Shown: positions 54,599 to 64,000 of the stretch, in pieces
Layout: every line of letters starts with the position of its first letter
Position numbering within the stretch: the first letter of the stretch is position 1
Source: Octopus vulgaris
Taxonomy: Eukaryota
Length of the DNA: 64,000 bases
Assembly: GCA_951406725.2 (NCBI GenBank)
Contig: OX597817.1
Location: 66,278,001-66,342,000, forward strand
Reading direction: 5' to 3'
Notes under the pieces: generated by a model
What the model saw: only the letters and a program-made list of their open reading frames with translations
Told to the model about the DNA's origin: nothing
Databases searched by the model: none
Position numbers and translations under genes: made by a program

Positions 54599-57059
54599 TA
54601 CCTAACAAATACAACAGGTTACCATTTAACTTAAAAGTCGCACCGGCGATTTTTCAACAGATTATCGATTCAATGTTAGCAGACTGTGAATTCGCAATTC
54701 CATATCTGGATGATATACTACTAAAAAGCGAATCCCAGGACCAACTCTTACAGCACGTAAAATATGTGTTCGAAAAATTAGGGATTACGGTTTTTCTTTG
54801 AGTGAAGAAAAGTGTGAATTTTTCTTAGCAAAAATAAAATACTTAGGACAAATCATTGACAGAAATGGACCTGACGTCGACCAGATCCGTCGAGAGTAGT
54901 CACAATTCAAAATATGTCCCCTCCAACAAATATAGCGACCTTACAAGCTTTTTTGGGACTAGCAAATTATTACCAAAATTACATTCCAAATATGCATAAG
55001 GTAAGAGCTCCACTAAATAGTCTATCAAAAAGATGTAAAGTGGAATGGGTCTGAAAATTGTCAGGTGTTCGACGAGATTAAAAAAATATTAACATCTGAT
55101 TTGTTGTTAGCACGCTGTGGAGATTATAGTAGCTTCAGATGCCTCTGAGTACGGTATAGGAGCAGTAATGTTACTTAAGTTTAAAGATGGTAATACAAAG
55201 GCGGTGGTTCATACCTCACGTTCTCTGACATCAGCAGAGAAGAATTAAAGCCAAATCGAAAAAGATGCTCTAGTGATTATTTTTGCCGTAAAAAAAATTT
55301 CATAAATTTTTACATGGTAGAAGTTTGAGACTACAGACTGATCATCGTCCGTTATTATATATAAATAGGTCGAAGAAAGGAACCCCTACCCATACTGCTA
55401 ATAGGTTGCAACGCTGGGGTGCTATATTATTAAACTGTGATTTTATGATGGAGTCTATACCACCTAAGAAATCAGGACACGCTGATTGTTTATCAAGACT
55501 GATTTTAAAAAAACACTGAACCATTTGAAGATATTGTGATCGCTGCGTTGCGAGCGGAAAATGAAATTAGAAATGTTTTGTGTAACGTCATGCGTGAACT
55601 GCCAGTCACATTACAAGACATAAAATTAAAATCGGAAAAGGATAAATTCATTAGAAAAATGAAAGAAATGATGAAGGCTAAAAGAGATAAAAAAAAATAT
55701 GCGCAACACAAATGCGAGCTCATTCTCAATGTGTGACGGTGTGTTGATGTATGCACAGAGTCGTAGTGCCTGCCACACTACAAAAGCGATTACTAAAGGA
55801 ATTTCACATTGGTCACCCTGGGATTTCGAGGATGAAATCATTAATGAGAAGTTATGTATATCAGCCAACAATGGACCGTGACATTGAAGAATTAGTGAAA
55901 GTATGTAGAGGGTGTGCCCTAGTTGCAAAATCACCTACCGCTAAAAGGCAACCGCGGCCAAAAAACAGATATACCATGGTCCAGACTGCATGATGATTAC
56001 GTAGATCCACTTAAGGGTTCATATTACACTGTTGTAGTGGACAGTTTTTCAACTCAGCCTAAAGTGTATATGTGTAAAAAGTCGACATCTGCGGTTCCAG
56101 TAAGTCTTTTACACGAATTGTTCGCCAGATATGGTATTCCTGATATCAGTGTGTTTGATAATGGAACTCAATTTACTTCAGACGAGTTCAGAAAATTTTG
56201 TAAAATGTTCGTCATCGAACATATCACCACTCCGCTGTATCATCCAAGATTAAATGAACAAGTGAGCCTTTTGTTGACACTTTCAAGAGAGCGTTGAAAA
56301 AGGTGAACAATGAATTGATGGACGACCTTGCATTTCAACAATTTTTAAGAGTGTACCGAGTAACACCTAATCCGAATACATCGTCTGGAATGTCACCCGT
56401 AGAATTATGCTTGCTAAAACGATCAGATCCGTCTTTGATAACCTGATATCGAGTGAAAATAGAAAAAAGGCGAACCACAAATATACTTCAAAATTCTTCA
56501 AGTGAGGTAACAAAGTTTTTTTTTAAACCTAAAAATATGGAAAATAGAAAGCTGGGAATATAGTGAAATCATTAAACAAGTTGGAAGAATGTTATTCCTG
56601 GCAAAAGGGGAAAATGTCAAACATAAAAGACATATTAACCAACTTAAATAAAGATCCACAGAAAAAAGACACGAGAAATGAAATCCCCATGGTAATATTG
56701 TACGACACGCTTGAGGTACCGACACCCAAACAATTTGAAACTACACGTTCTAGCGCCAGAAAACGGAAAAGAACGGAACCACTGGAATTGAACCTTAAGC
56801 GTAAGAGATATCAAAGCTCTGAGCGGAGTTTAAATCTCAAAGGGGAAGAAGTTTGGGGAGACTAATTCTAAGAAGGGGAGATGTTGTGGAAAGATTCCGA
56901 TCACCCCAAGTGACTGAAAGTAAACTGATACATTGCTATTATAAAATAAAGAACTGTCAACAGTTCAGGGTAAGCTGTTCACTGGGCCGTTGACAGAGAG
57001 CGTTTAACCTCGTGTAACAGTAATAGGAACAAATCATGTGAATACTTTCTTTCCCCCTG

Positions 57060-57500
57060 CTTCGTTAAATTATTTATCCAGCTCCAGGATATAAAATTAA
57101 TATGAGTAGTTCTCGAGATTTTTTGCTGGAGGATACTTCCGATGTTTTCGTTTATGGAATCAAACAATACAGGTTTGGCTTGTTGTGTGTTGGTTTGATT
57201 GCGGATAGTTCATGGCTGGGGAAAGTTAGAAAGAAATGAATATTGTGATACAAGCATAAGAGTGAGTATTGTTGGCTTGTTGGCTGTAAGTAGGTCATTG
57301 ATATATAGAATGGAAAGATTGGAGAGGAAAACCGAACCCAGGAGTAGACCAGAATTGATTGAAAACGTGGCAGAAAGAATTCCGTCAACAAATGGCACAA
57401 TGGTGCGATGTGATAGGGAACTACGGTTCAAAAAGACGAGAAATGGGTGAAACTCGTTGGCGGGATGTTTTCATAGATTTTCACACCGGATACGGTCGGA
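57060..57500 (-). mobile_element. CR1/L2/Jockey-group LINE RT fragment
   Basis: INSGLLLGSVFLSNLSILYINDLL matches the SGVPQGS...LYINDL motif. Confidence 0.75.
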
Positions 57501-58086
57501 AGTTTAGCTCATAGCAAGAACAACAACAATGAGTAAGATTTATTGTATTTTTGTCTTTGAGAAAAAGAAAATTTTATCTAAATGTTCACCGTGACGTACT
57601 GTACACCACTCTGTTGCTGCTGCATGCCAGAGACAGATAGACAAACAGACAGAAAGATAGATAGAATGCAGACAAGTAGTTAGGTTGATAGTGGAAGTAT
57701 AATTGTCCCATAATTCTGTTGGTTCTATAGCTAACTAGACAGTTGTAGAACCAACAGAAGACATATGGGACAATTGAGACTTGAGAGGCAATTAGATGGA
57801 ATGTTCAAGTTGTGAATAGCATGTGTAAGAGAGTGAAGTCCGGTGCTGTGGTAGTAGAGTCTGCAACCATGCATATACATCATCTAGGTACCGAGGAGCG
57901 GTAATTAGATTAATTGCCCTTTCAGGACAGTTCCGATGAAGGTCTGCAGATGACTTTTCGCTTGTGTCTACATTTTACCAGTTTTCTGATTTTGAATTAG
58001 GATAGATATCTGATTGCTTCGAGCACACGAATAAAAGTATCTTTTCGGCGGTGCATAAATTATAAACTTTACTCCCATTCTTATAT

Positions 58087-59070
58087 GGTGCTAGGTCATC
58101 CATTATTTCGTTGTTCGCTTTCTTTAAAGCCCTCTTAAATGTATTGACAAAACGCTCCGCTTGTCCATTTGACCTAAGATGATACGGCGGAGTTGTCACA
58201 TGTTTGATAGAGAACATTTTACAGAATTTCTTGACCTCATCTGCAGTAAACTGAGTTCCATTTTTAGACACAATGGTATCAAGAATACCATATCTGGCAA
58301 ACAATTCGTGTAAAAAACTTACTGTACTTCATGTCACTCAGAAAAACTGTCTACCACAAGGTAATGTGAATCGTTAAGTGAACCTGCGAAATTAATGTTC
58401 GTTAGGAAGTTTAGATCAGTGTTCGACAAGTTGCTACCGGATAAAAAAGAAAAAGAAAAATATCAGACAACAAATATAAGATAAAATTTTTCAAAATTGG
58501 TCACAAAGTTTTCTTTAAAATGTATAAAAACGGTAAAGAAATGTGGGAAGACTAAACAGATTGGGAAAGTGTTATTTTTGGTAAAAGGCCAAAACCATGA
58601 ACATAAGAGACATATAAATCAACTAAAAAAAAGGCTTACTGAAGAAACGGTTACAAGAAACGAAATTCCGATAGAAGTCTTTTATGATACGTTTGATGTA
58701 CCAATACCTCGTCAAATTGTGGAAACTACACATTCAAATACGAGAAAAAGAAAACGAACAGAAGTACTTGAAATAGACCCTAAACACAAAAGATATGAAG
58801 CTCCGCGCAGAGCTAAATTTTCAAAAAGGGACGTTATGGGAGGAGGTGATTGAAGGTGGACTAACCGATTACAATAAATAAGAACTCAGCGAAATGTCGA
58901 GGCAGCTAAAGGTGTTCTTTTCTAATTGGTTTAATCATTTTTTTATCCCTGTTAAACGTGAGTCACATTGTTAATTATTTGTTAAAGGTCTCCCGTAAGG
59001 GTGAACCTAATTGTTGAACCTCATTGTTAAATCGTTGAATTATTAGTTGCTGTTTTTATTGCCTGTGAAT
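58087..59070. mobile_element. Second, rearranged copy of the same Gypsy family
   Basis: Integrase core on the minus strand (58087-58398: FARYGI..NGTQFT..PPYH.RSNGQAER). Integrase C-terminus on the plus strand (58396-58830: EIPIEVFYDTFDVP..RKRKRTE), followed by a PPT-like tract and probable LTR. Confidence 0.8.
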
Positions 59071-59094
59071 ATATAATTGTTTTCTCCCGCATTT

Positions 59095-61200
59095 ATGGGT
59101 AAAGTAGTGAAAAAAGGAAGGATGGAAAGCGAACCATTTCCAGCCGGTAGCTATGCTTCAGCCACTGGAAGTAGTTTAACTGCAGACATGTTACAGGTTC
59201 GACAGGTGAAGATGGAGAAAAAGAAGCTAAAGGAGTTTAACAAACTGATCGAAAATGAGGGAACCAGTTTGAGGTTGACCCCGCCACAAGAATTCACAGC
59301 TAGTGTGACGAAGCTGACATCTCTCTATATATAAAAGGCAGTTTGTCTGTCTGTCTGTGTGTTTGTCAGGTTGTACCCTCACCCTGACCACGGCTTTCAA
59401 CCGATTCTGATGAAACTTGACACACACATAGCCCAATGTCATAATTCAAAACTAACGCAGCGAAAATTTTGAAAAGTTCCCCCAATTCTGAAAAAAATCG
59501 ATAAATTCGACATGGGTCGAGAATCTAAGCTTATCATATGCAACACATTTTCCGTTGTAGTTTTCGCAACTTGCAATCGATTTTCACCAAACTCATGGTG
59601 AAGCTTAATGTTACCCTAAGGAACTTAATTCTGATGTTAGTTTTCCATGCAATGCCTTACCATAAGAAAAAATCGATAAAATCATGCCATTTTGGGAAAT
59701 CGCGTTCAAATTCAAGATGACATATTTTCGACAATATTTTTAACAAATTGGCAGGAATATTTTTTTGAAATTCACAGCGAGCATCATGTCTGCTCCAAGG
59801 AGCTATATGGCCCTTTTGATTCCAATAGGATACGTTATTACATCATATGTGGCACACATAGCAAACCGATTTTTCTGCAATATTTTTTGAAAGTTCACAT
59901 AGATTTTTCCTACACCAATGTTGGACATCAAGTTTGCATTAAATGTCAAACTAACGACCTTTTGTCAATGCATTTAACAAGTATTGGGAGAAATCGACAA
60001 AACCATATCACTTTGAGACCGACCATGCGAACCCTACAAAACTGACTTTTGTTAAATAGTTGGCGGATTTCAGGCACACATGCGCCTTCGTTCCCTAGAG
60101 GGAAAGGACTAGATCGGGATTAGTCGTTGCCTACTAGAGGCTCCCGAGCCCCCTTTCGCTAGACTTAAGTTAGGATTAGGTAGGGCTTAGCTGTGGTCCG
60201 AACCCAACTTGGGTTAGGGGCGGGGGCGGTGTCAAAAGGGCCGGCATGTGCAACCTTATCACCTCTGCCTGTCAAACTCCCAACCCATGCGTTCCCGTCG
60301 TGACACTGATCCCACAGAACTGGATTGGGTGTGCTAAACAAAACCAGAAAATGCACTTTGACTGTCATAGATTTTCTTCATGCATGCAAGGGAACAATGC
60401 CTTAATGCCTTTTAGGCTTCATTTTACAAAATAACGGTTCAATGAGTACAAAAAAGGGTAAAAAGGTAAAGGGCATTGCTTATCGACAAAGTTTCTTACA
60501 TACACGGGCAACGCCGGGCTATGCTGCTAGTTAGTATATAGAACGCTGTCCACGGAAACGAAAAGAATTGAAATAGCTACGGTGGAATCCATACAGGAGT
60601 GTTTAAAGGAGGTAAAAAGCCTTACAATATTCAATACCAGAGGGAAAAAGTACGGCACAGTGGAGGTAAGGTTCGCGAGCGAACAAGACACGATAAACTA
60701 CTTCACTGTGGCGCTAAGGACACCAGAGTGGGTACTTCTGCCCCCGGAGATTGAGGAGATGTGGCTGGTGGCAGCAACTGGGTGACAAGCAGGAGCAAAA
60801 TGCCGAAGTGGCGACCCCAGTGAGTGAGAAGTGTCCGGAGAAGGTGGAGGAGGAATATACGGTGGTAAATAGAAAAAAGAAAAGGAAGGAAAGCATGGAC
60901 TCATCGCCAAAGAGTCCACTAAAGAAAAGGAAGGAAAATAAGCAGAAAGAGACACAGGAGGAGATACCAACAATATCAACAAGGGAAGCCAACGTGGAAA
61001 ATCAAGTGGAAATGCAGAAACAAGTAACAAAAAAGGAATAAAAAAAGAAATGGCATATGATGACATATTCGAAAAACACGGAAATTGAAAAGAGAATAAC
61101 CAAAATGAAGTCGGTAGTGAGAATGAAGATAACAACGGAATATTATCCAGAAAACACCAAGGCAATTATAATTGACAAAGAGAGATGTGCAAGACCGAGA
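59095..61200 (+). pseudogene. LINE ORF1-like frame split by a Helitron
   Basis: MESEPFPAGSYASA...KLT|LVYRTLSTE...GKKYGTVEVRF is in frame once the insert is removed, followed by a Lys/Glu-rich tail. The ORF1 identity is inferred. Confidence 0.5.
59320..60530 (+). mobile_element. Non-autonomous Helitron (1211 bp)
   Basis: Inserted between A and T with no TSD. 5' end TCTCTCTATATATAAAA plus (GTCT)n; 3' hairpin CGGGCAACGCCG and terminal CTAG. Confidence 0.88.
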
Positions 61201-61227
61201 GAATTGTTTGGAAATAAGATAGACCCA

Positions 61228-61412
61228 GCATCACTTGACAACCGATGTTAGTGTGTTTACGTCCCCGTAATTTAGTATCTCGGCAAAAAGAGACCGATAG
61301 AATAAGTACTAGGTTTACAAAGAACAAGTCCTAGGGTCGATTTGTTCGACAAGAAATCGGTGCTCCAGCATGGTCGCAGTCAAATGATTGAAGCAAGTTA
61401 AAGAGTAAAAGA
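61228..61412 (+). mobile_element. SINE family A 3' half
   Basis: Matches roughly 9780-9950 and is followed by (AC)n at 61417-61472. Confidence 0.8.
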
Positions 61413-61413
61413 G

Positions 61414-61476
<63 letters not shown>

Positions 61477-61493
61477 GAACGCAAAACGCAAAC

Positions 61494-61702
61494 GTGTCTG
61501 TATTTGTCCCCCCAACGTCGCTTGACAACCAATGCTAGTGTGTTTACGTCCCCATCGGCAAGAGAGATCGATAGAATAAGTACTAGACTTACAAAGAATA
61601 AGTTCTGAGGTCGATTTGCTCGACTAAAGGCGGTGCACCAGCATGGTCAGAGTCAAATGACTGAAACAAATAAAAGAATAAAATATATATATATATACAC
61701 AG
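61494..61702 (+). mobile_element. 5'-truncated SINE family A with 21-bp TSD
   Basis: Flanked by AGAGGAACGCAAAACGCAAAC at 61473-61493 and 61703-61723. Confidence 0.82.
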
Positions 61703-62689
61703 AGAGGAACGCAAAACGCAAACAACATTACTCTTCGTCAGCTGTCGACCAAAATATTATCGCAATTTCAACCCTCCCGATAATATTATTCAGTTTGGAG
61801 GTGATAGCAACGTAAATTACTGGAGTATACGTCAGCGGACACAATAGACAATCAAGAATCTTTTTCGAATGACACGTTTGTATTATATAAAAAAAAAACT
61901 GTTGTTATTGTTCTATCTGTTGTCTTCTTCTTCTAATCAGGACTCACGCCATTAGTCACAAAGAATAATCTCTAATTCGAGCCTACTCTAAGCTACTAAG
62001 AATGCGTGCGGCAACTTGAAGATCCACCCACCACACGCGATAGACTGGCGGTTGCATGGGCGCGAAAGCTACGTTGTTACCCTCATTCCGTAAACGGTGG
62101 CTTTTAACGAGTGGAGAGCTGAACCATCCTGGGATACAGAGGATTCTCAATCTAGACTAGGGTCTGAAAGCTTACCACACCTTAGTGGCAGAAGTAGGAA
62201 GAAAGTGTGAGAGAAAGTTGTGGTGAAAGAGTACAGCGGGGTCAACTTTGTCTTTCATCCTTTCGGGGTTGATAAAATAAGTACCAGTGATGAACTGGGG
62301 TCGATGTAATCACCTTAACACCTCCCCCAATTTGCTGGCCTTGTGCCAAAATTTGAAACCAACGTTCTATAATAAGTGTAGGATTTGAACGGTTCTATTA
62401 TTTTCATGCTACCACTGAAAGTCAGTGAACGTCTCAAGGCCATCAAATGCAGGAAAATAACAATATTTCCATATTAACTGATTTGTTCCATTTGCCTGAT
62501 TTTTCTTCCGAGCAGGAACATTGCCATACTGACGCATCTGTTTCTATCGCTACTGCGGCGCTGTTGCTGTTTTTTTTTTTTTTACTGCTTTTGTAAGCTT
62601 TCTTTTGTAAAGAAGACTGGTAATGATGCATTTAATTCTATCTTAAATTGGAATTTACACTAACACGTTATGGCGCACTCACATGCATA

Positions 62690-63045
62690 CGTATGCATAC
62701 ACGTTTTCTCGTGAGCACGCATGCATATATATATATATATATGCGTATGTGCGTTGTTTGTATATGTATGTATGTATGTTTGTTTGTATGTATGTATGTA
62801 TGTATGTATGTATGTATGTATGTATGTATGTATGTATGCATGTATGTATATATGTATGTATGTATGTATATATATGTATGTATATATAGATAGATATATA
62901 TGCATGTATAAATATATATATGTATCTATGTATAAATATATATATGTATATATTTGTATATATATGTATGTGTGTGTGTGTGTGTGCGTATACATATATA
63001 TGTATATATATATATACATGCATGTATTATGTACATGTACACATG
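62690..63045. repeat. Compound (TATG)n/(TA)n/(TG)n microsatellite
   Basis: Directly visible; it generates several spurious ORFs. Confidence 0.95.
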
Positions 63046-64000
63046 CACAAGTCTACTTCTCTCTCGTCCTTTTCCCTCCCCTTCTCTCTCTCTTTCTCTC
63101 TTGCTATTCTCTCGCATAAACCCACTTTACTGCGCATATTATCCCACCTTTACACACACACACTCACCCATACACACATTTTTCACACGTGTACTTGCAT
63201 ATGTACACAAGACAATGCAACAGAACTAATTGCCTTCTGCCATCATTTCCTTTTCTTAGCAACCTGTTTGAGGTTGCCATGGATTTATTTTCGTCTTTTT
63301 AAAAATATTTTTAATTAGCAGAATCAGTAAGATGCCGGATAAAATAGTTTGCAATTCTAAACTACGTCTCTTTACGAACTGTATATAAATCACGCCGGAG
63401 CTGATTTTGTTATTAACCCTTCGGGCTGAGATGGTGTGAGCAGGGTAAATAATATACACACCGTTCAAGTATTATGGTTTAACTTAATGGGCAACACGTC
63501 TTGCACACATTTTTTTCTCGTACCAATGTTAAAAGACATTGGATGACAGAATCTGGACAGATTATACAGATATATATATATAACGACTGATATATAGCAG
63601 ATAAATGAGAGGAGGAAAAAATATTATCAACTGAAATGGCTCTTTTATTGTTATTATCATCGTTACAATATAAGATACCCGTTCGAGTTGTTATACATAG
63701 ATTATTTGCCGTTCTGTTATCCGTTCTCTAGGTAGTTAACTTTATCTTTTGTTGGCTGCTAGAAGAGAAAATGGAAAAAGGAGAGAGATAAAGTAAGAGA
63801 ATTTAGACAAGTAGAGAAGGAGAAAGCTGCGACTTAGTGCGATGACTGGCCATACATGAAGTGTTCTTCGGTTAGGTACCAAGCAACCAAAGAGAGAGAA
63901 CCGATTTGGGGTTTCGTGTTTATATATTTTCTAAATTAGGCCATGACAAACAGAGAATTTTCTATTTCCTATTTGCCCTGGCCAAAGTTTCAGGCGAAAG

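Larger units (their letters stand above)
50380..57050 (+). mobile_element. Decayed K02A2.6-like Gypsy retrotransposon (gag-PR-RT-RH-IN-3'LTR) with nested insertions
   Basis: Zn knuckle CYGCDGLH..KC, protease LDTSSDISII, WSSPTV, RVCADFSTGLN, KYNRLPF, PYLDDIL, SDASEYGIGAV, TDHRPL, HIGHPG..CRGC and DNGTQF. PPT agaaggggaga precedes an LTR starting TGTTGTGG at 56882. Confidence 0.92.

Noticed and set aside
57930-57960. Hammerhead core CCGATGAAGG
   Set aside because: I found no closing stem II or GAAAC downstream.
62648-63318. Overlapping Y/V/C/M-rich ORFs
   Set aside because: These are compound microsatellite translations.

Overview
Eukaryotic, AT-rich and repeat-dense DNA, most likely from an octopus (inferred from the SINE, RTE-tail and MITE families). 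The only host gene is on the minus strand: the 5' part of CAD (glutamine-dependent CPS II/DHOase/ATCase). It has 12 GT-AG exons between 48644 and 5916 that splice into a continuous 616-codon frame covering the GATase domain and the start of the CPS synthetase domain; the gene continues beyond position 1. The introns hold tRNA-derived SINEs, RTE/CR1/Penelope fragments, hammerhead-like motifs and a decayed Gypsy. Upstream of the gene (50-62 kb) is a nested transposon stack. A K02A2.6-like Gypsy is interrupted by a solo LTR (TSD TATT) and by an antisense LTR followed by a repeat-spacer array of tRNA-Trp primer-binding sites, and that LTR itself hosts an 8-bp-TSD DNA transposon. Further along are a second, rearranged Gypsy and a Helitron that splits a LINE-ORF1-like frame. 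The most notable observations are the PBS array, several substitutions at normally invariant CAD residues, and hammerhead cores reading CCGA instead of CUGA. Family assignments come from motif recall, not database searches.
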